The notes beneath the pieces are model-generated. The model had not been told where the DNA came from. It made no database searches and saw only the letters and a list, made by a program, of their open reading frames with translations. From Ministeria vibrans ATCC 50519 (Eukaryota; Protista; Filasterea), in the NCBI GenBank assembly GCA_943704425.1, contig CALSCP010000837.1, positions 1 to 63,856 on the forward strand: a stretch of DNA of 63,856 nt, in the 5' to 3' direction. This document shows, one piece after another, positions 35,911 to 47,749 of this stretch. The first letter of the stretch is position 1. Every line of letters begins with the position of its first letter. Position numbers and translations under genes: made by a program.

Positions 35911-36663
35911 GCTGATGCGTGTGTGATTGCGCACCGCGAGAGCCTGTGCAGTCCCGTGCGTGTCGTTTCAAACAATCGTTTATAACTTCCACTAAAAATC
36001 GCGAGCAAAAATCATTAGATAGATTCATCTCACTTGGGTTTCAACTGTTTCCCAGAACTGGATATAAGTTAATGAAAAAAAGACGTGTTTTGAAGGGATT
36101 TATTGGATCATTCTGATCCAATGTGATCCAATAAATCAAAGCAAAACTCTGCTTCCACACTTCGGAGTGTTCCTGGCTGGGTGAATTTATGCCCTTGTTA
36201 AGCGCACGATTACAGAGCTTATTAAAAGAAAGAACCCAATTTCAAAGAAGATCAGAATGAGATTCTCACGTTTCTGCCTTTCTCTGTGAAAGTAAGATCG
36301 ATCATCGATCATCGATTCGATTTTCGATTATTTTCGATCAGAAAAATTTACAACTTTTTCCTCTCAAAGAAATTCTACACGACTGCGACCGCTACAGTAA
36401 GCCACATATGCGTCAGGGGGGTTGTGTGTGCGTTTTCGGGGGTCGGCGATGCGTGGCGCGGGCGGGGTCTACAGTTTCGTCGCACGCAAACTTTTGCTCA
36501 TCGCTGGCGTAATTTCGCGTGCTATATGGCGCAATGATGCACAGGGGTTGTGAGCAGTGGTGGGGTGACGGGGATGGGGGCAGTGGTCCTTGGGCGATGT
36601 TGTTTCACGTTTGCGGCGCATTTATTGTCTTGTTGCTTTGTTGGCAGAAACCTATTCGACCCG

Positions 36664-37644
36664 ATGATGAAGGCTGCACAGTACACGGTTGACAAGGGAG
36701 ACATCTCGGTTGTGGACACGGATGTCCCGGCGCCAAAGAAGGGCGAAGTGTTGTTGCGTGTCGTCGCTGCAGCAGTGAATCCCATTGACAACAAAGTGCA
36801 TCAGGGCGCGCTGAAAGGGGTTTGGGCGCTGCCCCTGCCCATGACTCCTGGATACGACGTGTCCGGTGTGGTCGCTGCTGTCGGGGACAACGTCGACAGC
36901 TTTTCCGTGGGCGATGCGGCGTTTGCCGTCATTTGGGGCGAGCATTCGCATGATGCCGGTGAGCGGGGCGGATCGATTGGCGGCGCTTTCGCCGAGTACG
37001 TTGCGGTCCCAGTCAGCAAACTGTCGCACAAGCCAAGCACGGTGAGCCATGTGCATGCTGCCAGTGTCGCACTGGTTGGCACGACCGCAACGCAGGCGCT
37101 TACGCAGCTGAACGTGCATGAGGGCTCCAAACTGCTCGTTCTGGGAGGCTCGTCAGCGGTCGGCGCCGTTGCCACTCAATTGGCCAAGCTGCGCGGCGCT
37201 TGGGTGGCCACAACCTGCTCCTCGCGAACCCTTGAATACGCTAAGCGGTTCGGCGCCGATCTGCATGTGGACTACCGCGCGTGCGACTGGGCCAACGACG
37301 TGGCCGAGTTGAAAGGTGTTGACGCAGTGCTGGACACGACTGGTGAAGTCGACGGCTTTGCCAAAGCGAAGACTATCCTGAAAGCCGACGGCGCGTTCAT
37401 CTCCATTGCATCGGCTGACGCTGGCTTTGACCCAGCAGCACATGCACCGCTTCGCTTTGCCGCTTTCACTGTGCTCTCCAACGAGGTCAAAGTTCAAGAC
37501 GACCTAGCACAGCTCCTTGCCGACGGAAAGCTTCGCGTCGAAATCGATTCGATTTTTCATGGCCTGTCTACTGCCTCTGTACGTGCGCTCTTTGACAAGC
37601 AAGCAAGTGGCCAGAGTATGGGCAAGAATGTTCTTGTTTTGTAG
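36664..37644 (+). CDS. NADP-dependent oxidoreductase, MDR/quinone oxidoreductase (zeta-crystallin-like) family
   Basis: Motifs: PAPKKGEVLLRVVAAAVNPID, PGYDVSGVV, GAFAEY, LVLGGSSAVG, GADLHVDY, DAVLDTTG, GKNVL. Confidence 0.9.
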   Translation: MMKAAQYTVDKGDISVVDTDVPAPKKGEVLLRVVAAAVNPIDNKVHQGALKGVWALPLPMTPGYDVSGVVAAVGDNVDSFSVGDAAFAVIWGEHSHDAGERGGSIGGAFAEYVAVPVSKLSHKPSTVSHVHAASVALVGTTATQALTQLNVHEGSKLLVLGGSSAVGAVATQLAKLRGAWVATTCSSRTLEYAKRFGADLHVDYRACDWANDVAELKGVDAVLDTTGEVDGFAKAKTILKADGAFISIASADAGFDPAAHAPLRFAAFTVLSNEVKVQDDLAQLLADGKLRVEIDSIFHGLSTASVRALFDKQASGQSMGKNVLVL

Positions 37645-38587
37645 CGATGCATGCTGAATACATATTTTCACGATATGGCTAGTCTAAAAGATGCGACAAG
37701 TTGAGAGATAATTGAACTTGAATTAATCGCCTTGTCAAGACCTGTTAGACGTTAGTTTACTAAATCTTTACTTTTATCAACACCTATGTTCATGTGATAC
37801 TGAGTATCTACATGTTCATTTTGATTAGGGGCTCTGCCTGGTGTGCTATGTTGCGCCTAGTAGTGGAGTGTTGGTGCTCGTTGTTAGGTTTAGAGTCCAG
37901 CTGTCTTCATCTTCCCTCTCTGCTTGGCCTTGCTCAGAACTATGATCACCCTATGATCACCCTATATGATCCCATGTGATACGAATGTGATACGTATGTG
38001 ATACTAATGAACATTCGATTGGCGCTCATTGGGGCTCCGCCTGTATTCACGCGACCACGTCTGGTGTCCTAAACACACCCTTGGCTGCACTCATCGTGAA
38101 CCCATCGTCGCCAGTGAACGAATGACGATAATTGAAAAGCACAAAATAATAATAATTAATAAAAATAATTATCAGTTTTGTTTGAAAAGTTGACTCGAAG
38201 AAATAAAATGAATCAAAATTCAAATGATACAGCAGATAAGAGCATTAGAGCAATACACATTATGCAAATAATGCAATACTTCCGCTATCGACATTGACGT
38301 TCGACAACTTGGAAACGTTTAAATTTCTTCTCCTTAACCTTTTCATTCATAATAAGTATTCCTAAATCTAAACAATGATTTTAATTCTAAATCGGGAAAT
38401 CAAAAACCATTAAGTATTCACTTAAGTTTGCCAACACCCCCTCCTGTTCGTCCGCTGCCACTTGCCAGCCCCGCCCCCTCCAAGAGCGCCCCAGGTACGG
38501 CCATTGCGAGTGCAACTGTGAACTTTTCAACTGATGTGCTGAACTCCCACATATAACGCCGTCTGCCAGACGCCGCCCAGTGTTACA

Positions 38588-40399
38588 ATGCAGGAGAGGT
38601 TACGTGTAGAAGGTACGGCGTGGGGAATTGCCGATCTGTACCGTCTGAGACTGAGAAATGTGTTGTTTTTGTTTTTTGTTTCTTTTTTTTTTTTTTTTGT
38701 ATGTGTGTGTGTCACAAACACTCAATCACTTTAGTCGTTCGTGCGGAAAACGTGCTTGCCAAGGACGCAAACGGCACGTCGGACCCCTACTGTGTGCTTG
38801 AGATGAACGGCGTGCGCCACAAGACCAAGGTTGTCTCCAATACGCTCAATCCCGAATGGATGGCCGAATTTTCCTTGTAAGAGTCTTTTTGTGTGCCCTG
38901 TCGCTCACTCGTCGCCGCTGCACGCGACTCAACCCCGCCACCGTGTCTCCCTTGTTCCCCTCCAGCAATCTGCGCGACACCGAGAACCAGGTTCTGTCGC
39001 TTGATATGTACGATCATGATTTTGGGCTGAAGAAGGATGACTTTCTGGGCCAAGTGCATCTGGCGCTGTCGGACATCCGCCGCTATGCGCAGGGCGACAG
39101 GCCTGTCACGCTGCCTCTCCAGGTTGGGTGTTGAGAAGATTGGAAAGAACAAGAAGAAGATGTTGATTGAATGTCTGTCTCTGTTGTGTTGTTTGTGTGA
39201 TATATGTTTGTGTGTGACTTGTAGAAGCGCACGGCCAAGTCCAACGTGCGCGGCGACGTTGTGCTTCTCTTTTCCATCGTACAGTCACAGACGCCTCTGG
39301 CTGCAGCTGAACGCGGCGACTCGTCTTCGCCCTGCTCAACCCCGACCACTGAGTACGTCAGTCAACACAAGAGAGAGAGAGAGAGAGGGGGAGAGTGGAG
39401 GAGAAAGGGGGAGAAAGAAGGAGAGAAGGAGAGCTCTTTATGTTATTTATGTTCTTTATGTTAATTTTCTGCACAACTCCAGCCGAAAGCAAACCCTCAT
39501 CTCGAAAATGCTCCGGCGCAACAAAGGTTCCAGCGGATCGGATGAGCACCAGCACGACTGCCACACAGCGCCAAACAGCACGGGCGACGGGACCACATCT
39601 GCCGACGCGTCGTGTCCATCCTCTCTCTCTGCCACTGCCGCTACGCCCGCTCTTCCTGTCTCCTTGTCGTTGCCGCCCTCTCTCGGTGTTCCCTTGGCGA
39701 TCCCGCGCACGCGCAACGCTCTGTCTTCGTCCAGTGCCAATGACTTGGACAGCCTTTCCGACTCGGAACTCGAACTCGAAGAGATTGCTTGTGTTTCTCG
39801 CGCCCAATGGCAGCTCAAAGGTCGTGTCGTGGAAGCAAGAGGAATCCGCGGTATGAGTTGAGCGTGAATCATCAGTGGAACAACTCATTCGAGTGCATGC
39901 GTGTTTGTATTTGTTTGCTTAGATGCGACAAGTGCCTACGTGTCATTGTCGCTTACGAGTGATCCCACACACAAACTGCACACATCCACGGTGCCCATTC
40001 ACGACGGATGTGGCACCTTCAACTTCGACTTTGTCGTGTACGAAAGAGAAAGAAATACCACTAATGCCAATATTCAACTTTCATTGATCAAAATGATCAA
40101 CCTTTTGTGTGTACGTAGTGATGTGGATGATCCGTTGTGTGGGGGCGTGCTCATGAAAGTCAAAGCAGGTGGAAAGCGCATTGGAGTGCTCAAAACTTTG
40201 GGTCAAGTGACCGTACGTCGAAGAAAAGTTTGTGTCTTTTTTTTAACTTATATTTTTTTTTCACCGCAGATCTTTTTTGCGGGAATTGAGCGACAGAACT
40301 GTCGTGATCCGGAAGAGTCAGAGCAAGCGTCTTCTTCTGAAACTGAAATTAAAAGCGGTAAAACAATATAATATATCAATAAATCATTACTCACTTTTT

Positions 40400-40456
<57 letters not shown>

Positions 40457-41783
40457 CACTGGCAGTGCCTGAGAAATGGTACTCCATGCGACGACAGAGC
40501 ATGCACACGCTGGTTGTGGGCACGACTAGCAACAACAGTGCAGATACGGACGTGAAAGTGTCGTTTCAGCTACAGCGCAAAGACACTCTGCGTGTCGATT
40601 TGCTCGATGAAAGTGTCGGAGAGCCCGCAGAGACGGAAATGCCTCCGGAGGGTAGCGTGGAGGCACCAGTAGCGGACTTGGAGATGATGCTGATTGACCA
40701 TGTCAGAGACAATATTATTATGCATATAAGAGAGAGAATCTGATTGAGTGTTGTTTTTGTTGTCGTTGTTGTTGTTGTTGTTTCTGTGTAGGTATTCCCT
40801 TGCTCTCTGCTGTCACTGTACCGTCTTCTGTTTGCGCGTGCATCGCCTTTCCAGTCTACATTTATGAAGGCCAGTGGCTATGTGGACATCAAAGTGGGCG
40901 ACTGGGCCAACCAGAACCGCCAAGTGGAGTATGTGCGTCCACTTCCGCCCAATCCGCTCGGGAAGAAAACAGCGCATGCTATTGAGCTTCAACAGTGCAC
41001 CACTGCCTCAAAGTACATCTTATTATTATTATTTTTTGTACCATACTATGTGTGACTCAAATGTGCGCCTCGCTTAGATTTTCCGCCGTGGTCGATGTGA
41101 CGTCGACTACGCCTGAAATGCCCTATGGAACTTCCTTTCAGACTGATCTGCGATACATTCTCGTTCACCAGTCCCCTTCCTCTGTGCGCCTTCGTCTCTC
41201 CTTTCAAGTTGTTTTCACCAAATCAACTCTCATGAAAGGTATTTTTTTTACACATATTTGGCCTTTCGCGCGAAAGATATCAGCTGACCTTTTTGTTTAG
41301 GAGTGATCACCAAGTCGACAATTCAAGGCGTCAAAGAGGTACTGTTCTGCTTTCTCCCCGTCACTGACCACATCTCACTCACTCAATCCATCACACATAC
41401 ACACACTTATAACTTATAAACACTTACGTATTGTTTTCTCATGCACACATCCACACTTACTCATCTCTGTAGACGTTTGTGTCTTTTGAGAAGATGCTCA
41501 AGGCATCCGTCTCTGGCACTCCCATTGATCCCACTGCGTTTGCATTGCCCTCTGCAAAGTCCCGGGACTCGGACACTGCACATTCTGCAGACAGTACGCT
41601 TTGAAATGCCTCAAAAATTGACTCACACACACTCTCTCTCTATTTCTAATTCTCTTAGAGTGTCTTGTGACAATAACTCTGACTTTTCTTGGGCTTTTGC
41701 TTCTCTTTGCGATTCTTCTCTCTTACCGCCTTTCTTTGGCCGAGACTCAAATGATGAATCTCTTACTCCTCGTAAAGAAATGA
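38588..41783 (+). CDS. C2-C2-VASt (StART-like) protein with C-terminal transmembrane anchor
   Basis: First C2 with Ca-binding Asp residues: AKDANGTSDPYC, KTKVVSNTLNPEW, MYDHDFGLKKDDFLG. Second C2: GRVVEARGI. VASt-like: TTPEMPYGTSF...VVFTKSTLMKG|VITKST. The last exon encodes TM segment LVTITLTFLGLLLLFAILL. Confidence 0.7.
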
Positions 41784-41904
41784 TCACAACAACAATAATT
41801 ATTTTAATACAGACAACCACAACTAAATTAATAATAATAAATATTGAAGACCTTGTTACTGAATTTTATTGCGCACTTCAAAGAGTAAATAGGAAGAAGG
41901 GAAA

Positions 41905-44900
41905 TCAGATGCTCCAGCCGCCATCAATAATGTGCTCTACACAACAATGTACACAGAATGAGTTTCATGAAGAGACACAGAATGAGTTTCATGAAGAGAC
42001 ACAGAATGAGTTTCATGAAGAGACACAGAATGAGTTTCATGAAGAGACACAGAATACNNNNNNNTACACAGAATGAGTTTCATGAAGAGACACAGAATGA
42101 GTTTCATGAAGAGACACAGAATGAGTTTCATGAAGAGACACAGAATGAGTTTCATGAAGAGACACAGAATACGATCTGAGTGAATGACAACACAATGAAG
42201 GAGAGACATGGAACGCGAAAAGGAATAGTGAATGACAACACAATGAAGGAGAGACATAAAAGCGAAAAGGAATACACATCTAGTGTGTGTGGTGTAAACA
42301 CAAGTGGTACTATTTTATACCTGTTCCCGTTGTGTACGAGGATTCATCTGATGCCAAGTACACAACCAATTTCGCAATCTCAGTGGCTGTGCCCAATCGT
42401 CCCTACAAAAATACCATTCGTAGAAATTGGGCTTAGTCTGTTGGAAGTCTGTTGTTGACGTCTTTTAGTGCGTACCATTTTCTGGCGACTGATAAAGTTG
42501 GCGCGTGCTTCATCTGGATTGGGCTGAGCATTGATGCGCCCTTGGAGCGACGGCGTATCAATCGTGCCTAACACGCAAATACGTACAGAGAGAAAGAGAG
42601 GAGGGAGAAAGAAAAGAGAAAAAAGTAATGTGAGAGACAAAGGAAAAGACACACCACAGACTCAATCACATTGACACACTCGTTCACTTAAACTCACTTA
42701 TATCACTCACATGAATACTAATTTATACTCACACAATTGAAGAAAATCATTCATTTTTTTCATACCGGGACAGATTGAGTTGACACGGACATTGTGCTGG
42801 ACCACATCCGCTGCAGCAGCACGCGTCATGCCAATTACTGCAGCCTTGGATGCACCGTAGAGAAAGCGGTTCTCAACACCTGGCACGGACAAACGCACAA
42901 GACGAGTGTGTGAGTCGCATTGAGTGAGTGGTGTGTGTGTGTGTCACGAGAGAGGAGTAAAATACATAAAAAAATACGGAAAGAGAAGTTTGTAGATCGA
43001 CAGAATTCATGTCACAAACAACCCAAATCAAACATGATGGTTGCCATTCACAATGCAAAAAAGTGACGACACGCACACACATATACTTTGTGTTTCATTT
43101 GTTGTTGTTGTACCTTTGATGCTCGACGCAACCGACGCCATATTGATAATGGAGCCAGAGCGACGTTCAATCATCCCGGGCAGGACACACTGCATGAGAC
43201 GGAACATGGACTTGACATTGAGATTGAATGCAAAGTCAAACTCCTTCTCAGTCGCCTCAAGCACTCCGCCATGGTGGACAAACCCAGCGCAGTTGAAGAG
43301 CACGTCAACGCCATCGGGCAGCGTTGCCATGACCGCCTTGACCGCATCACTGTCCAGCACATCCAATCGAGCAGTCGTCACACCTGAACATGCAATATGA
43401 GTATTAACAATGTTAACCACACACACACACATACACAACCTTTTTACGTACCATCTACATCGTCCAGCGACGCCAGTGCCTCCATGTTGATGTCGGTTGC
43501 AATCACGGTTGCGCCCTGTTCCGCCATGGCCACGGCCGCCGCCCGACCAATTCCTTGCCCGGCCGCCGTCACAAGCGCCGTTTTGCCCTCAAGACGCCCC
43601 ACAACCACCGGCTCGCCCACCGACACGGTGATGGGATCGCCCGTCGCCGGTGTCACCGTGTACACGCCCGACTTGCGTGGCTTAAACGTCGCCGACACAC
43701 TACTGTTGTCGTCGCTCTTGACCACCTTGACCGGCGTCACCGCGTCTCCATTCGCATCCGTGACCGTCACCTCAGGTGCATCGTCTCCCTCAACCGTCGT
43801 GGATCGCCCCGCATGGTCCACAAAGATGCCGGGAATGGTAACGGCGCGCTTGGCAAAGCACGGCTGAGCGGCCTCGCCGTCCAACTTGAGTGTCGGCTCG
43901 ACTGCCTCCACCTGCACGTGCACCGGCTCACACAACTCGGCGCCGTCGCCGTTGGTGGCCGTCACGACAAAGTCACCGCCGGCGTCGGGGGTGATCGTTG
44001 CCGTGTACGTGCCGTCGCCGTTGTCGTCGGCTGCCTCGCCATTCACCAACACCGTCTCACCACCGTCTGTCATGGGGTCACCCGCATTGCTCAGCGTCAC
44101 CACGGCCTTGAGCGGACTTCCAGCAGTGCCCACCGAGGGCACATCAAGTGTCGCTGTTAGCTCAGCGTCCGCTACGGCCACCTCCACCGCATCTCCATCG
44201 CCCGCCGGCGTGAGAGTGTACGTGCCCGCACACACGGGAGTGAAAGCCACCGTCACACCACTGTGGTCGTCCAATTTTTTCACCACACACGGCACACTAG
44301 TGCCCGTCTCCGCCTCGGTAACTTCAACCACCAGCGGCTCGTCGCTCTCGTCCGTCCGTGGCTCGCCCTTTCCATCGACAAAGTGGCCCTGTACTACCAC
44401 AGCGTGCTTGGCGACGCACGGTGACGCGCTCTCTGGGTCCAGCCTCAGACTTGCTGTTGCCGCACTCACCTCCACATGGACCGCCTTGCACAGCCACTTG
44501 CCCTTCTTGTCCGACACGGTCACAACAAGCTCGCCGGGCGTCTCGGGCGTCAGAATTATCGAGTAGGTGCCGTCGTCGTTGTCGGTGGCTGGCGCATCGT
44601 TGACCGCGACCGTCTCACCGCCCTCGCTCATGGGGTCGCCCTCGTTGAGCAGCAGAATGTACGCCGTAATAGGCTCGCCCACGATCGCCGTGGTGGGCAC
44701 GTCAATCTCGGCGGTGAGCAAGGGCTCGCCCACGTCCACTGTTGTGGCGTGCTGCGCGAGCGCCGTGCCCAGCACCACCGGCGTGACGGTGTACATGCCG
44801 GGCGCTGCCGGCGTGAATGTCCCATTGTCGGCAATGGGCACGTCGTTGCCGTTGGAATCGGTGACGCGGTAGGAGCATTCGGCAGGGTCGGCTGCTTCGC

Positions 44901-45946
44901 CACCAGGCAATTGCCCGATGACATCGACAAAGACAGGTCGCTTGGCGATGTTGCCGTCTGTGTCGACGGTCGCCGTGGGCTCTGCGGGCGCCGCCTCCAC
45001 CTTGGGCTCTGTGCCGTCCTTGAGACGCGCCTCAAGCTGACGGTAGCACGAGATGTACGTCATGGAGCTGAGCTCCTCGGGCGTGTCCGTGTCAAAGACG
45101 TCCGCATCGACCAGCATGGGCACGTCGAGGCGGTCGTGTGCCGTGTGGATGGCCGCGTCGTTGTTGGCGAAGCCTTGCGAGCGGTCGAGCGCATCCGGGT
45201 CGTCAATGAGGTCCCCAAGGCCCTTGAGCTGCGAGCAGTGGTTGACAATCTTGGAGAGGATGCGCCCGTCGCGCAGACACCCAAAGTTCTTGCATGGCTC
45301 CTGACTGACCTCCGCCATCCAGTCGAGTATCTCAGCGCGCGCCGATTTGCCGCCCTCGCCGTCGCCGCGGTTGATCGCATAGCGCAGAATGATGGTCCAC
45401 ATAAACCCGAGCGCGAGCTTGTTCTGTCCCGTGAGGAGAGCGTCCGGATCGACGTTGATGAACTTGAGACCTTCCGACTCAAAGAACCCCAACACAATCC
45501 CCAGATTTTCGAGCTTCTGCATCTTAAAGCGAGGGTTCTTCGCCATCTTCGTCAGAACCTTCTTGTTGCTGATCACCTCGGCGAGGTTTCCCAGCAGCAG
45601 GCCGTCCCCGATGTCTGTAGCGACAAACACAGCACGTCACAAAAGGTCTAAAAATAGATTGATCGCACGATCATCATTCGCACGTACCGTCATAGAGGTT
45701 CTTCATCTCCAGCATGCGGTCGAGGAGGTACTGGTTGGCCCATCGAGTGAACGTCTGCTTCTGAATCGCCTCCCACTGCGCGCGTTTTCCCTTGAAGGAG
45801 AAAGGAAGGAGAAAGGTGAGAGATCGAGAGATCGGATAATAAGCGAGGGAGTCAAATCGCCGACGAGGAGCGCAGAGGCAGGGCCCTTTGCTTCTTACAA
45901 TAAAGTCCACCTGGTTCGTGATACTGGTGCGTGGTTCTTTGCTCAT
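41905..45946 (-). CDS. Filamin/ABP-120-like CH-CH actin-binding domain + Ig-like repeats fused to a BDH2-like short-chain dehydrogenase
   Basis: CH domains: [45 protein letters not shown]. Acidic Ig-like repeats (DNDDGTY, DNGDGTY) run in frame within one exon into [18 protein letters not shown]. Spliced SDR motifs: [19 protein letters not shown]|[34 protein letters not shown]. Confidence 0.8.
41951..42171. repeat. 24-nt minisatellite (ACACAGAATGAGTTTCATGAAGAG)n in the last intron of the filamin-SDR gene
   Basis: At least eight identical head-to-tail units without spacers, interrupted by an N gap. Confidence 0.9.
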
Positions 45947-46143
45947 ATTGATTAAAGTTGTTAGAAAAAACTGAAACTGAAACAATAATTTTTTAAATTA
46001 ATCTGATTTGTTTTTCGACTCCGGCCTGACTCACTGATCGGCTGCATCAAGTCATCAACACAAGTGATTATTGATGAACTGATGATCAAGAATCTATATT
46101 CATAAATATTACACTATGGTATCAATATAATTATTATGGTACA

Positions 46144-47292
46144 TTAGGAACGAAGAGAGCCACGGACACCATCATGGGTGGTGGTCGAGCCCATGGCGAT
46201 AATGCGGTCGTAGAGGGCACAGGGGAGTAGTCGTGCCAGAGCCATGGCACAGTGCTCCATGACAAAGGGGAAGCCATAGTGTGCAGTGCCATGGGCCACC
46301 GCAGACAGAACTGCTTCGGCTGCCTCAACTCCACTAAAATTGGGTTGGTCAGATTGCTCCACACACATACACACACACATACATACATACGCGCGCACTC
46401 TCTCATCTCTCTTTCTCTCCCTCTCATTCCCTGTGCACCACTCTCACCTGATCACGAGGGGTCGGGGCAGATGGAGTGCGTCCACGTCGAGTGCGGTTGT
46501 GTCGACAAAGCCAGGACACACGTCGCACACGGTGACGGGTGCATTGGCAATGCGCATCTCTATCCGAAGAGACTCAAGAAAGTTGCTGAAGCCCTAGGAC
46601 GGAGACACACCCCCCCCCCCCCCAAAAAAAAAAAAAAAAACAAAGTACAGTCAACACAGGTAGCAAGCACACCAGCTCGCTCGCACACACGTACTGCCTT
46701 GCTTGCGCCGTACACACTGGCGCCCGGAAGCCCCCGATACCCCGCGAGACTCGACACGCCACAGATAGTACCACCACGCGCAATCATGGCGGGCAGGACG
46801 GCGTGCACCGTGTGAATGGCGCCCACCAGGTTCGTTTCAAGCACTGCGTCAATGTCGGCATCCAGCAGACGCACTGTCGGCAGATTGTTCTGGTTGATGC
46901 CCGACACGTACACAAGGACGTCGACAGGCCCACGAGCGGCAACCATGTCGCCATACACGCTCTTTATGTCACCATTGACGCGCACATCGCAGCGGTGGCA
47001 CCCGTGGTTCGCTCGTGAAGACTTCAGTTGTTTTGCGTACACCAAAAATCAACAACAAACGTTTTTTTTCCCTCTCCTCTCGCTTACTCTGTTCATATCA
47101 GCAACCAGCTCTTCTAAAAGATCCAACCTACGAGCAGTTGCACTCACCGTAGCACCGCGTCTGTGACGCACTATCGCGTCAGAGTCGCAGTTTAGGGTTT
47201 TTTCGACCTCACCTGGCAAGCAGACGAGCCACGTCGTTTCCAATGCCGCTACTTGCGCCGCACACCCACACATGCTTTCCGCTCCACTTCAT
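46144..47292 (-). CDS. Short-chain dehydrogenase/reductase (classical SDR)
   Basis: Multi-exon. Motifs: VWVCGASSGIG, ARRLDLLEEL, VDVLVYVSG, TNLVG, SSLAGYRGLPGASVYGASKA, CPGFVDT. Confidence 0.85.
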
Positions 47293-47749
47293 ATCCAACG
47301 CGCAGTAGAACAATAAAAAAATATAACAATAGAAAAATAAATAGTTAATAGAGTCAAGCAATGTCAAACCAAAACTATATATAAAACAAAGAGCAGCACA
47401 ATACTTCCGCCGTAGCCCGTAGACTTCAAGACGAGAATGTCCCGAAAGAAGCCCATAGACCCACAATAATAGAAATTACTCAAATCAGACCTCGTATTAG
47501 ACACTCAATGTTAAAACAACAAGACAATTACAAAACACACCGCAGCATAATATTCCCGACGTACGCTTCTTCTACACGAGAATGTTCCACAAAAACGCCC
47601 ATACATGGCTCAAGGTAATTCAAAGTAGAATTGAAATTAATTTGAAAATGATTAACATACCAACTTTTACTTAAGTCTCACTCTCACTCTCTCATGACTT
47701 GCGTTACTACTCTCTCTCGCTCTCTCTCTGTCAATAATCAATAACACAC

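Noticed and set aside
41951-42171. 24-nt repeat with internal palindrome TTCATGAA as a CRISPR array
   Set aside because: The units are head-to-tail with no unique spacers, there are no cas genes, and the repeat lies in a spliceosomal intron.
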